64,000 nt of DNA, taken from Heterodontus francisci. Taxonomy: Eukaryota. This document shows, in pieces, positions 36,120 to 49,829 of the stretch. The notes beneath the pieces were generated by a model, which saw only the letters and a list, made by a program, of their open reading frames with translations, was not told the origin of the DNA and searched no databases. Positions within the stretch are counted from its first letter, which is position 1. The number at the start of each line of letters is the position of its first letter. The stretch spans positions 18,796,234-18,860,233 of the forward strand of contig NC_090407.1 of the NCBI RefSeq assembly GCF_036365525.1, in the 5' to 3' direction. The position numbers were made by a program, and so were the translations under genes.

Positions 36120-39100
36120 TCAAATAAACAGAATAGGAGTTAAAGTTGGTTACTCGAACTTGTAGAAGGTGGGAAGTGGTGTTCCACAAGGATTGGTGCT
36201 GGGATCACTACACCGTTTACATAAATGATTTGGGCTCTGGAATCAGAAGCACAATTTCAAAATTTGTGTATGAGCCAAATTAGGGGGTATAATTAATATA
36301 GTGGGGGTTGTGACAAAATGCGGGAAGGCATTAATAAACTTGCAGCATGGCATGTAATTGTTAAATGAACTTCGCTATAGATAAGTGTGAGGTAGTTCAT
36401 TTTGGTGGGAAGAAAGAGGCGCCCACGTACTCCTTGGAAAACAAGTGCCTAAATGGGGTATAGGAACAGCAGAATTTGGGTGTACAGATACACAAATGAC
36501 TAAGTAGTGATGCAGGTTATTAAGGCCATAAATAGCAAACAAAGCTCTGGGTTTCATTTCTACAAGGATAGAATTGAAAAGCAGAAACGTTTCTTAAACT
36601 TGTATAGAACCCTGGTTAGACTACACATGGAATACTGTGAACAGTTCTGGTCTTCATCTTACAAAAAGGATATAGAGGTACAATAAAGAATTTACTAGAA
36701 TGGTACCAGAACTGAGAAGTTATACCAATTGGGAAAGAATGATTAGACTGGGCCTTTTTTTTCTCTAGAAAAGAGAAGACTGAAGGGTGACCTGATGGAG
36801 ATCTTCAAGATTATGAAAGTGATAGGGTTGGCGTAAAGATGTTTCCACTTGTGGGCAAGATTAGAACTAGGGGCCATAAATATAAGATAGTCGCCAATAA
36901 GTTCAGTCGGGAATTCAGGAGAAACGTCTTGACCCTGAAAGTGGTTAGAATGTGGAACTCACTACCACAGGGAGTAGTTGAGGCAAATCGCATAGATGCA
37001 TTTAAGGGGAAGCTAAATGAGGGAGAAATTAATAGAAAGAATGCAGCTAGGGTGAGATGAGAGATGGGAGGAGGCTCATGTGGAGCCTAAACACCAACAT
37101 GAACCTGTTGAGTTGAATGGTCTGTTTCTGTGCTTTAAATACTTTGTAATACCTGCTAGTTGCTGAATGATTTTTATTGGTGCCTGCTGATGTTGAGAAT
37201 AGTTTCAACCGTACAGCTGACTGGCTGTCCCTAATGAAGTCATTCATATCAAATCACAGAAATTTACAGCACGGAAGGAGGCCAATTGGCCAATGGTGTC
37301 CGCTTCGGCCGACAAGTAGCTATCCAGCCTAATCCCACTTCCCAGCTCTTAGTCTTGTAGCCTTATAGATTACGGCACTTCAAGTGCATGGCCAAGTCTG
37401 ATTAGTAAGTTTGCGGACGACACAAAGGTTGGTGGAGTTGCGGATAGTGATGTGGATTGTCAGAGGATACAGCAGGATATAGATCGGTTGGAGACTTCGG
37501 CGGAGGAATGGCAGATGGAGTTTAATCCGGACAAGTGTGAGGTAATGCATTTTGGAAGGTTTAATGCAGGTGGGAAGTATACAGTAAATGGCAGAACCCT
37601 TAGGAGTATTGACAGGCAGAGAGATCTGGGTGTACAGGTCCACAGATCACTGAAAGTGGCAACGCAGGTGGATGAGGTAGTCAAGAAGGCATACGGCATG
37701 CTTGCCTTCATCGGTTGGGGCATAGAGTATAAAAATTGGCAAGTCATGCTGCAGCTGTACTGAACTTTAGTTAGGCCACATTTGGAATATTGCGTGCAAT
37801 TCTGGTCGCCACACTACCAGAAGGATGTGGAGGCTTTGGAGAGGGTACAGAAGAGATTTACTAGGATGTTGCCTGGTCTGGAGGGCATTAGCTATGAGGA
37901 GAGGTTGGATAAACTTGGATTGTTTTCACTGGAACGACGGAGGTGGAGGGGCGACATGATAGAGGTTTACAAAGTTATGAGCGGCATGGACAGAGTGGAT
38001 AGTCCCAGGGTGGAAGAGTCAGTTACTAGGGGACATCGGTTTAGGGTGCAAGGGGCAAAGTTTAGAGGGGATGTGCGAGGCAAGTTCTTTACACAGAGGG
38101 TGGTGAGTGCCTGGAACTTGCTGCCGGGGGGGGTGGTGGAAGCAGGTAAGATAGCGACGTTTAAGAGACATCTTGACAAATACATGAATAGGATGGTAAT
38201 AGAGGGATATGGTCCCCGGAAGTGCAGAAGGTTTAGTTTAGGCAGGCATCAAGATCGGTGCAGGCTTGGAGGGCCGAATGGCCTGTTCCTGTGCTGTACT
38301 GTTCTTTGTACTCTTTAAATGTTAGAGGGTTTCTGCCTTTACCACCGTTTCAGATATTGAGTTCCAGATCTTCACCACCCTCTGGGTGAAAAAACTTTCC
38401 CTTGAATACCCTCAAAACTCCCTACCTCTTAGCCTAAAACTATGCCCCCGGTTATGGATTTCTCAACCAAAGGGAATAGGGCCTTCCTATCAACTATCTA
38501 GACTTCTCATAATTTTCTACTCAGCCTCTTCTGTTGCAAAGCACCAACCCTAGCCTATTCAATCTTTCCTCATAACTAAAATGCTCCAGTCCAGGCAACA
38601 TCCTCATAAATTTCCTCTGTACCCTTTCTCGTGCAATCACATCTTTTTTATAGTATGGTGACCAGAACTGCATGCAGTACTCTAGCTGTGGCCTAACTAG
38701 TGTTTTATACAGTACCAGCATAACCTCCCAGCTCTTATATTTTAAGCTCGGCTAATAAAGCCAACTATCCTAAATACCTCTTGACCTTTATCTACCTGTC
38801 CAGCCACCTTCAGGGTTCTGTGGACATGCGCTCTAAGGTCCCTGTGTTCCTCTACAGTTCTCAGTGTCCAACCATTTATTATGTATTCCTGTGCCTTGTT
38901 TGTTTTCCCCAAATACATTACCTCACACTTCTCCAGATTGAATTCCATTTGTCACTGTTCCTCCTACCTGACTAGTTTGTTGTATCTTTCCGCAGTCTAC
39001 AGCTTTCTTCTTCGTTATCAACCATGTGGCCAATTTTTGTATCGTCTGCAAACTTCTTAATTATACCCTTACATTCAAGTCCAAATCATTGATATATAAA

Positions 39101-39372
39101 AAGCAAGGGACCTAGTACTGAGCCCTGCAGAATCCCACTGGAAACAGCCTTCCAGTCATGACAAAACCCATCAACCGTTACCCTTTGCTTCCTGCCTCTG
39201 AGCCAATTTTGGATCCAACTTGCCACTTTGTCTTGGTTCAAAAGTGCTTTTACTTTCTTGACCAGTCTGCCATGTGAGTCCTTATCAAAGGTTCTGCTAA
39301 AACCTGTATAGACTACATCAAATGCACTATCCTCATCGACTTTCCTTGTTACCTCAAAAAAATTCAATCAGG
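36120..39372. mobile_element. Cluster of CR1 fragments in RPL22 intron 3: plus about 36120-37150; minus about 37258-37388 and 38318-39372, interrupted by a plus copy about 37389-38315
   Basis: RT C-terminal ORFs on both strands (WQMEFNPDKCEVMHFG, EYCVQFWSPHYQKD, GILQGSVLGPLLF). The minus copy is split around the plus copy. Confidence 0.85.
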
Positions 39373-40105
39373 TCATTCCACCTGATTTCAAAGGTTTTCT
39401 GGAGTTTACGTTGGTTTATGTATGTTCATTGTGCTGTACACTTCGCTTGGTGCTTGTGAGCAGGTGTGTTGAGTTTGCTGTGGCTGTGTACATGGGGGAA
39501 GGGGGAAATTTTGAGTATTTAGGTGTTGGAACAAATGTTTGATCTCAGTCGGTGGCATTCAGCTGATCTGTGATCCCACCACTCCCTGCTGTAAAGCAAC
39601 TGCCAATTTCTCCTACCTTCCCGGCAATCATGGCAATCAGTTTTATACAATTTATCTCACTGTGATTTTAGTTTATTTGAATTTAATACAGTAAAATTAA
39701 ATTGGCCAAGATAAACTCCAGCCTCTCATCTGTGTCTCGCAGCATAAATATGTTGAGAATCTGAGCCTGGCCGAATGAGAGTGCTTGAGAAATCTTAATG
39801 GTGAATATAATGGCTCCTTTGAGTCTCATGGTAATACCCTCTTTCAAGATTGTTGATTGTTGTGTACATGTTAGGTTTCAGGTGGTTCTTTACTGTTATT
39901 AACAAACTTGAAGGCTCAAGAGTCAATGTTGGAGAAACGAACGTTGAAAATATTGAAAGAGGAGCAGTGTCCAGATTTTGCCAAGCTTGGATTTTGAATG
40001 CCTTTTAGATGCATTCCATAGTATTGAGATCAGGAGGATGATGAATGGGAGTAAGAAACAGTGTCAGGAGGCCTAATCTCTGTTATCCCTGATGCTCTGT
40101 ATTGA

Positions 40106-40273
<168 letters not shown>

Positions 40274-40311
40274 GCATAAGGCTGGTCTGAACTTTTGTAC
40301 AAACTATCTTC

Positions 40312-40317
40312 AATAAA
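40312..40317 (+). terminator. RPL22: RPL22 polyadenylation signal AATAAA
   Basis: AATAAA about 40 nt after the stop codon, followed by a GT/T-rich downstream element (ctttggggtctgtttttatt). Confidence 0.8.
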
Positions 40318-42238
40318 GTTAAAAAAAGGAAAAACACACAGCTTTGGGGTCTGTTTTTATTCACACAGAAGGATCATGCAATAATGTGTCCAATTTTGTA
40401 TTATTGTGAACACATTCTTGTAAATGTTACGCTTTTGTCCATTTGCTTTTCCCCATTGTTTCTATAGGTGCTGACTCATGGAGTTCCACTAGTGCCAATT
40501 AAGCTCTGGTATCTTGTTCTACTGACAATTTGTCATGTTTGAATGATTAAAATTTTGAAATTTCATCCTGGTGTTTAAATCTCTCCATGGATTGAAAACC
40601 CCCAATTATCTAACATCTTCCAGTCCTACAACCCTCTGAGATGCTCTGCGTTCCTCTAATCTAGTCTCTTGTGCATCCCTGTTTTCCTTCACCCCACCGT
40701 TATTGGCTGTGCCTTCAGCCACCTAGGCCCTAAACTCTAGAATTCCCTTCCTAAACCTCTCTATCTCTCCTTAAGACATTCCTTAAAACCTATCTCATTG
40801 ACCAAGCATTTGGTCACCTATCCTAATGTCTCTATGACTCGGTGTCAAATTTTGTCAGAAGATACTCCTATGAAGCACCTTGGAACGTTTTACTATGTTA
40901 ATGGTGCCGTATAAATGCCAGTTATTGTTGCATTGTAGATGGAGTTTCACCAGGCTGTTTGACTGTTCGTGCCTGTGCCTGATGTCCACTTGCAGGAGTC
41001 ACTGGTTAACAATCAGGAGAAGGAATCCTTGCTGACCCTCATCATGTCCCTAGTTCAAGGATTCTGATATTAATCACCTCAACTGTTAACTCAGTTGACA
41101 ATCTAACTCACTACAGACTGAGGAAGAAACCTGGGCCCTTAACCAGATGAGTCATTGATGAAACTCAAGGTGCATTCAAATCTTAAGATAGCTGTCCTTT
41201 GTCAGGCCATCATTGTTATGATGTATCCAGGATAATTCATTTATTTAATATTGACTTAATTGATTTGATTAGTCTCTTTGATCCTTTATGGTTTCCTCAC
41301 CTGACAGGGTTACTAATTGAGCATTTGAATCGCTGTTCTCTCCAAGCAATGCTGCTGTGCACTCCCTAGCTGTTGGCATGAAAACAGCATGTAGCAATTT
41401 GCATTCCCGAGGGAAAAGTTCCTGTCCTTGGTTTGGTTCCAAATCTTGGGTCCTGTCTCTCGCTTGTGTCTGATGCCTTTCAAGTGACTTCTCAGGAGAA
41501 ATTGGATGGGAAATAGAAATATAGGGAAAGGGAGAGAGAGAAGATCCAATCATACTGTCACAGTCTCACTTCTATGTAGCGTAGCTTGGTGTAATTAAAC
41601 TTTTGGAAAGGAGGAGACTGCAAAATTCATTTTGAACCTGTGATTTCTCAAATCTCAACTACAAATGCGTTGAGTAGAATTTGAGATCACTCCAGCTGTA
41701 TTAATTGTTAACATGGCACCCAGTTGTATTTTGAGGTACCCTGTCAGCTAGTTTGCTTGGAGGAGAATTCTGAACATTTCTCACTCATGGGATTGTTTTG
41801 ATACTTGTTCTAAAAGAATTGGATATACTCTTAGAAAACATTTGCAGGACTCGGGGAAAGAGCAAGCGAGTGGGATTAACTGGATAGCTCTTCCAAAGAG
41901 CCGGTACAAGGGCGATGGGCTGAATGGTCATCTATGTTGTTTGATCCTTTTTACTAATTTCCATTTACAGCCTCTGGTTCTACTTACTTGGAGTACTTTG
42001 GACTAATCTGGGTTAAACTTTTTGCTTGTTGGCTGGTAGATTCGGTTCATGTGGGTGGCAGTGATTGACTGCCTCCTTCAATCATTGATATAATCCAGGC
42101 ATCAGTTCCTGCGATGTCAACCCATGCTTGTTGCAATTGTGAACATTTGTCTGAGGTTTTATGGCTAGTTTCTGTTTTTTGATGGCCATTTGTTCTCTTG
42201 CAGTTCAAGATGCTTATATCTGTTTTTCTAAGCTCCAG

Positions 42239-42284
42239 TCAGTTTTCCTTTTGATAGTCAGTTTTCCTTTTGATAGTCAGTTTT
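42239..42284. repeat. 19-bp tandem duplication TCAGTTTTCCTTTTGATAG, about 2.4 copies
   Basis: Direct inspection. Confidence 0.8.
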
Positions 42285-42469
42285 TAACCTTCTAATTGCT
42301 GCACATTCCTTCAGCTGTTTCTGAGGTTGCTGGAGATGTGGGCAGTATAGCTCCACAAAAGCTCAGCTGGTTTAGCCATTGAGGAGCTCTGCAGTCAGGA
42401 CCAGAAAGGACGTGTGTTTTGACTCTTGGCCTCCAATAGCAGAGGGAGCATAACAGTTGGCAACTTTTA

Positions 42470-45400
42470 TTTTTATTAGTTCTTGGGGTGTGAGCATTGC
42501 TGGCAAGTCCAGCATTTGCTGTCCATCCCTAATTGCCCTTGAGCATGTGGTGGTGTGATGCCATCTTGAACTGCTGCAGGTCATGTGTAGGTGCACCCAC
42601 AACGCTGTTAGCAAGGGAGTTCCAGGATTTTGACCCAGTGACACTGAAAGGATGATATAGTTTCAAGTCAGGATAGTGTGAGGCTTGGAGGGAACTTGCA
42701 GATGGTGGTGTTCCCATGCATCTGCTGCCCTTGTTCTTGGTGGTAGACGTCACTGGTTTGGAAGGTGCTGTTGAAGGAGCCTTGGTGAGTTACTGCAGTG
42801 CATCTTGTAGATGGCACTCACCGCTGCCACAGTACACGTGGAGGGAATGAATGTTTAAGGTGGATGGGGCGTCGATCAAGCGGGCTGCTTTATCTTGGAT
42901 GGTGTTGAGTAGGGTTCTCCAACATATGGCCCGTGGGCCAGGGTCTGGCCCACCAAAGGTTTCCCTCTGGCCCGCAGATGTAAACTGTACCCGGGGCCGT
43001 TCCTCATCCACGCCAGGGGTCCATGACGAGATGAAAAATTTCCCATTGTTTTCTTGCAGACCTTTTTAAAAACATTGCGCTGTTAGTTTGGCTGCTGAAG
43101 CAGGAACGCGCTTCCCAACTTTAATAAATTCGGGGTTTTCTGACTTTTTAAAAGCCTGCCGGAAAACCCTGAATCAGTCTAAAGTTGGGAAGCGTGTTTC
43201 TGCTTCAGCAACTGTGAAACTGACAGCGCGATGTTTTTAAACAAACTGACCAACCACAAAGCTGCTGTGCTGAGCACTCCCACTCCCTGCAACTGTCAAG
43301 AGGGGTCGGGGAAGCAGAAGGGGAAAAGCAGGCGGAGGGGAAAACAGGGTGGGGAAACGGAGAGGGGAAAAACGGGCAACGGGGAGAGGTGGTGGACGGG
43401 GGTGGGGGGGACGGAGAGGAGGACAGAGCAGTGGCGGACAGAGAGCGAGAGACATAGAGGAGGACACAGTGAGAGAAAGGGGAGAATCTGGGGGGAGAGG
43501 GGAGAGACAGAGAGAGAGGACGACTCAGAGGTGGGCGGGGTGGGGGAACATAGAGAGAGAGATCAAGATTGCTCTTGACAGATAGATATCTATCAGGAAT
43601 ACTCTGCATCGCTACAAGAAGTGTGTGGGCAGACATTGACTACTTGTGCAAGCAAAAAGATGCCAGGTATCACACTAAATCAGTGTCCAACGTAGTGATG
43701 AGAAAGTAAGTCAATAAATTAATCTCATTTAAAGCTTCACAAAAATGGACATTTGTTATGATTAATTGTAAGATAACTTTTTAATGACTATCTTCCTGAA
43801 ATTGTCTCACTGCCCCCCCCCCCCATGTAAGACAAAAATTGTAAAGTGCTTTCCCCCCCCTCCCCCTCCCCACGTGAAAAGTTTGGACAATCCTGGTGTA
43901 GAGCTTCTCGAGTGTTGGAGCTGCACTGATCAGGCAAGTGGAGAGTATTCCATCACACTCCTGACTTGTGCATTGTAGATGGCGGACAGGCTTTGGGCAG
44001 TCAGGTAAGTTACTCGCCTCAGAATTCCTAGCCTCTGACCTGCTCTTGTATCCGCAGTATGTATATAACTGGTCCAGTTAAGTTTCTGGTCAATGTTAAC
44101 TCCCAGGATATTGATGGTGGGGGATACAGAAATGGTAATGCTGTTGAATGTCAAGGGGAGATGGTTAGATTCTCTTTTGTTGGAGAATGTCATTGCCTGT
44201 TACTTGTGTGGCGCGAATGCTCTGGTCACCATACTGTAGGAAAGATGTGATTGCACTGGAGAGGGTACAGAGGAGATTTACGAGGATGTTGTCTGGACTG
44301 GAGAATTTTAGTTATGAGGAAAGACTGGACAGGCTGTTTTCTTTGGAACAGAGGAGGCTAAGGGAAAACCCAATTGAAGAGTATAAAATTATGAACGGTC
44401 CTGTTGGAGATGGTCATTGTCTGGCCCTTGTGTGGTGTGAATATTACTTGCCACTTTAACTGCACAAGTCTGAATGTTGTCTAGGTTGTGCTGTCCGTGG
44501 GCACAGACTGCAATCATCGGCGAACGTCCCCACTTCTGACCTAGTAATGGAGAGAAGGTCATTGATGAGGCAGTTGAAGATGGTTGGGCCTAGGACGCTA
44601 CTCTGAGGAACTCCTGCAACAATGTCTGCGGCTGAGATGATTGGCCTCCAAAACCATAACCATCTTACTCTGCTAGGTATGAATCCAACCAGTGAGCGTT
44701 TTTCCCTTTAATTCCCATTGACTTCAATTTTGCCAGGGCTCCTTGATGCCACACTTGGTCAAATGCTGCCTTGATGTCAAGGGCAATCACTCTCACCTCA
44801 CCATGTTTGGACCAAGGCTGTAATGAGGTCTGGAACCAAGTGGCCCTGGTAGAACCCAGACTGAGTGTCGGTGAGCAGGTTGTTGCTGAGCAACCTCCGC
44901 TTGATAGCACTGTGAATGATGCCTTCCATCACTTTGCTGATGATTGAGAGTAGGCTGTAAAGACAGTTATTGGCTGGATTGGATTTGTCCTGCTTTTTGT
45001 GGATAGGACATACCTGTGCAATTTTCCATGTCGTTGGGTTGACACCTGTGTTGTAGCTGTACTAGAACAGCTTGGCAAAGGGTGCAGTTAGCTCTTGAGT
45101 ACAAGTCTTCAGTACTACAGCCAGGATGTTGGCAAGGCCCATGGCTTTTGCTGTATCCAGTGCCTTCAGCCATTTCTTGACATCAAGAAATGTAGAGTGC
45201 ATTGAATTGTCTGAAGACTGGCATTTATGTTGGTGGGCACCTCAGGAGGAGGCTGAGATGGATCATCTACTCGGCACTTCTTGCTGAAGATGGTTACAAA
45301 TGCTTTAACCTCATCCTCTGCACTGATGTACTGGGCTCCCCAATCATTGTGGATAGGGATGTTTTTGGAGCCTCCTCCGGTTAGTTATTCACAACTGAAT

Positions 45401-46615
45401 GTGGCAGGACTGCAGAGCTTTGATCTGATCCATTGGTTGTGGGATCACTTAGCTCTGTCTATAGCAAGTTGCTTCTGCTGTTTAGTATGGATGTATTCCT
45501 GTGTTGTAGCTTCATCAGTTTGGCCCCTCATTTAGAAGTATGCCTGGCGCTGCTCCTGGCATGTGCTCCTACACTCTTCATTGAACCAGGGTTGGTGCCT
45601 TGGCTTGATGGTAATGGTAGAGTGAGGGATATGCCAGGCCATGAGTTTATGGATTGTGGTTGAATACAATTTTACTGCTGCCTCATGGACTCCCAGTTTT
45701 GAGCTGCTAGGTCTATTCTGAATCTATTGCATTTAGTACAGTGGTAGTGTGACATAACACGATGGAGGGTGTCCTCAGTGTGAAGCCAGGACTTTGTTTC
45801 TACAAGGACTGTGAGGTGGTCACTCCTAATACAGTCATGGATAAATGTACCTGCGACAGGTAGATTGGTGAGGACAAGGTCAAGTAGTATTTTCCCCCTT
45901 GTCGGTTCTTTCCACCTGCTGCAGATATGTTCTTCAGGGCTCAGTCAACTTGGTCAGTCGTGGTGCTACCGAGCCACTCTTGGCGATGGACATTGAAGTC
46001 CCCCACCCAGAGTACATTTTGTGCCCTTGTTACCCTCAATACTTCAAATTGGTGTTTGACATAGAGGAGTACTGATTCATCAGCTGAGTGAGGGTGGTAA
46101 TCAACAGGAGGTTTCCTTCCCTGGGTTTGAACTCATGATGTGTGGAGTTAAAATTGAGGACTTCCAGGGCAACTCCCTCCTAGCTGTATACCTCTGTGCC
46201 ACCACCTCTAGTGGGTCTGACCTGCTGATGGGACAGGACATACCCAGGAATGGTGATGGAGGAGTCTGGGATATTTGCTGTAAGGTATGATTCACTGAGT
46301 ATGTTGCTTGACTAGTCTGTGGGACAGCTCTCCCAATTTTGGCATAAGTCCCAAGATGTCAGTGAGGAGGATTTGGAGGGTTGATTGGCCAGGGTGTGCC
46401 ATTGTTGTTTCTGGTGCCTAGGTCGATGCCATGTGGTCCATCTGCTTTTATTCAACTTTTTTGTAACGTTTCGATACAACTGAGTGGCTTACTAGGCCAT
46501 TTCAGAGGGGGTGGTGGGGGTTAAGAGTCAACCACATTACTGTGGGTCTGGAGTGACAAGTAGCCCAGACCTGATCGGGACTGCGGATTTCCTCCCCTGA
46601 AAGACATTAGTGAAA
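42470..46615 (-). mobile_element. Long decayed CR1-group LINE (APE+RT), interrupted by a hAT element and a CR1 fragment
   Basis: Minus-strand remnants VRVIALDIKAAFDQVWHQG and ILGVNIDQKLNWTS, with an APE start near 46370; same 3' tail as the 1-725 copy. Confidence 0.82.
42910..43895. mobile_element. Non-autonomous hAT (Charlie-like) DNA transposon
   Basis: Imperfect TIRs TAGGGTTCTCCAAC / GTTTGGACAATCCTG, subterminal GGCCCGTGGGCC, and an 8-bp TSD GTGTTGAG (42902-42909) / GTGTAGAG (43896-43903) splitting the host LINE. Confidence 0.8.
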
Positions 46616-49600
46616 CTATACCATCCCCTGCCCGCACCCCGAATTAGGAAAAGTAGAATCAACCAAGGTTCCTGTACCTGAGGGTTGTGCAGTGACCCTT
46701 GCTGGAAAATGGATATCAGGTGCGTACAAAACTGGCTCTACTGTGACGACTCTAATGGTTACATGGCCAGCTGACCCATACTATCTGCACAGACATTAAA
46801 AGAATGGCCACTTGGAAGGTGCTAATAGGAATTGACATTTTGAGGAGGGGTAAGAAAACTACTGGAAAAAATGAAGAAAGTAGTAGAATAAAAGTTTGGG
46901 AATTGCGTCATTGCTCAATATTTGCTCTGTCTTGCTTCAGGGCGTGAAGCTTTCTGTGCTTGGATATGAGGACCCTTAGAGATACAAGTGTCCCTAAATT
47001 TCTATTATAGCTCAACACAGGTCATTTGCCTTTGCTCCATGTTATCAATTTTGTAGAAATTCCAACTGCTTGGAGAAATTCCTAGAATTGTAGGAAAGGC
47101 TTTTCCCCTTCAGTGCACACATGGGTAATTATGGATACTGACTGGCCTTGCAGGATTTGGATCTCACAGGGATTTTGCTGTCTGTCAGCATATGATGCAT
47201 TGTGTGAAAAGGGACCATATGCTATCTTTGCAGTGAGTCATAGTGAGGACATCTACACATAACCGTCAAAATAAATCTGTCAGCCAACAAAACCAAACTC
47301 ACAAATAACAAGCATTTCAAACTGAGGCTACATAAATAGATGAGTTTCCCAGCACACCTTTGTGCATTTTCTCTGGGGCTTTAAATACTCCTCCAGTTCA
47401 TTTTTCTTTGACTCCAAAAAGTCACTACTGGATAATGGTTTCAAAAGTGTCCTAATACCTTGCTCAAGTGGCCTTCATTTTGCAGGCAAGAATCCAGACT
47501 GAATTTTGGCTAGCTTTTCTGACTAAAGTTCGCTGATAGCATCAACTTGGGATTAAGCTTTGAGTGCATGCTAGAGTATAGTTGTATGGGGACCATTCCC
47601 CTCAAATACCTTGCCAAAGTTGCCATTTATGTGGGGGCATGATGGTGAGTGCTAGCAAGCTGTGGTATGGGAGTAGGTTGGAGACTAAGTGCTGTTGTGA
47701 GTTGATTCTAATAAATTGCATGCACGGGGCTTATTAATACTGATCAAGAGGAACACCCTCGGCCGTTATTTTTTGCTGTTGGCAATCTAACCCTCTGAAG
47801 GTGCTGAGTGAGACCTCTGTGCTCCTGGTACCTCCCCCCACCCCCAGCTCAGAGTAGTTAACTCATCAGCGATCACACCTGGGTACCATGCTGATCTATG
47901 TGTCTCTGCAATCCAAATGAGCTTTTGGGGAAGGCAGTTAAATACAAGCAAGAACTTGCATTTTATATGGCTATTTTGTTCTGCATTGTTATAGTAGTTT
48001 ACAAATAAAAATTGGGTTTAAAACACTGAATTTTCCCAAAATGATCTCTTCCCTCACTCCTCTCATTCTAAACTGTTGTGCTTCCTCTGATTTGCAACCT
48101 TTTGTTGCATTATATTAAGATGAGCGGAGAAGGAATCCTCAAAGGTCAATGCCGATTGAAAGACTGTGTGTTAGCCCATTCTGAGAAAAACATGTTCTCC
48201 CAAAGGCTGGGTGAGGAGAATCTCTTCAGATTCAAACACAGATACTGTCAAGATGGCCAAAACCCAAAGTGCACCGACTGGGTGAACATAGCCGTATGGA
48301 CACATACCTGACACTACCTGGGACCAGTCCCAGTACAGCACCCCAGACGCTCTATAACTTGCTCCCTACCACAATATACCACGCACTGTGTACTCTGAAA
48401 GCAACATATGTTATAATCAAAGAATAATTGCAACAAAAAAAAACAGAACACAAAAAAATCAAATCAGGTTTTGAAGTGGGTTAAAAAGCCAAATATTAAC
48501 CTTTCTCTTTCAGATGCCTTTTTTAATAAAATCCATGAGGATACACTGGGTTACTTTAATATCATCAAACAAAAAACTTAAAGTCAAATTTGTTGGGACA
48601 CAACAAATAGAAAACAAAATCATAAAATAAATCTCTTTCAAGTGCTGACTGACTTGGAGAGTCAGTTTTCTTCTATTGTAGCCTGTGTACCTGACTATAG
48701 ATGATGAGTTTGTAAAGTTGCAATCTACTGTACGGCTGTATTTCACTCTGATTTAAGATCTGTCTAATTTGTCGTAGCTGGTGTGAGATTTAAACATTTC
48801 TGCAGATTACCCTAGCCTCACATCTCCCAATATTCAGAATCTGCAGCGATGCATAATTAGATGAAATGACTGCTTTTATAAACCTTTTATACAAGAAACC
48901 AAGAACCATTCCACAGTTCTTCCTCTTTATTTACATTCGTATGTTGTGGGAATTTGAGTATAGAAAAAGAGCCTCTTGCTTTAGTGCACTATTCCCCTTT
49001 ACTCTTGTTTTGACCTCAGTTGGTCTATGAGAAAAAAAATGACTGTGACACATGATTTAACTATCAGAAGGCATGAGCTAATGCTGAGCACGATCAGAGT
49101 AAGAAGGAAAGTTGGTCAGAGTTGTGGAATAGGTTGCCAAGGAAGGCTGCAAATCAGGCAATGTGGGTTCAAGTGGTAATTGGATGTTTCTCCAGAGATC
49201 GAAGGATGGTGAAAATGTTTGAAGTTATGTTATTGGGTTTAATGGCCTTGTACCATAATGTTGTTCTGTGTATACAGCAATGCTATTTTCTGGTAATACA
49301 CTGCTGATTAAATTCTGGTAAGCTCGCCGACTGTGTGTTAACTGTGTGGAGCATTCTGGTCGAATAAGCCAGTAAAGTAGAATCAAAAACACCATTCAAA
49401 CTCTTAACAGGCCAGATGCCAATGTTATGGCTATTAATGATGCTGCTTGTATATGTTTTGGAAATGATGAGTGTGCAGGATAGACTCAGTGTAAATAATC
49501 TCATTGAGGGGGGGTTTTGGCTGACAATATGACCCCCTGGAGAAGTGTGTATTGCCTTGTGACTCCTGCCGTCTCATTATTTTCTCTGAGAATCCCTCAG

Positions 49601-49829
49601 TGATCTGCTGAATATCTTGGCAAAATAGTTATGCAGTGAGATCAGAGTTCAGTTGTAAAGCATGGGGGCTGCACGGTGCTTTTTCAAAATTATTTGTAGT
49701 GCCAGTGTGCATTGTATATTTTTAAATCTTTTGCATTTTCAAATAAAATGTGTTTTTAAGGATAAAAAGTTGAAAGTAATTAAGGAATATTTCATCAGTA
49801 ATGGAGAGAGGCACTAAAACTTCCTCCCT

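Noticed and set aside
40030-40097. Possible C/D box snoRNA (ATGATGA at 40038, CTGA at 40089) in RPL22 intron 3
   Set aside because: Only about 55 nt long, with a weak terminal stem and no recognisable rRNA guide. The D box is about 36 nt from the acceptor, closer than usual. A snoscan/Infernal search would settle it.
43205-43636. Pro/Ser-rich and Gly/Arg-rich ORFs
   Set aside because: Low-complexity purine tract inside the hAT element.
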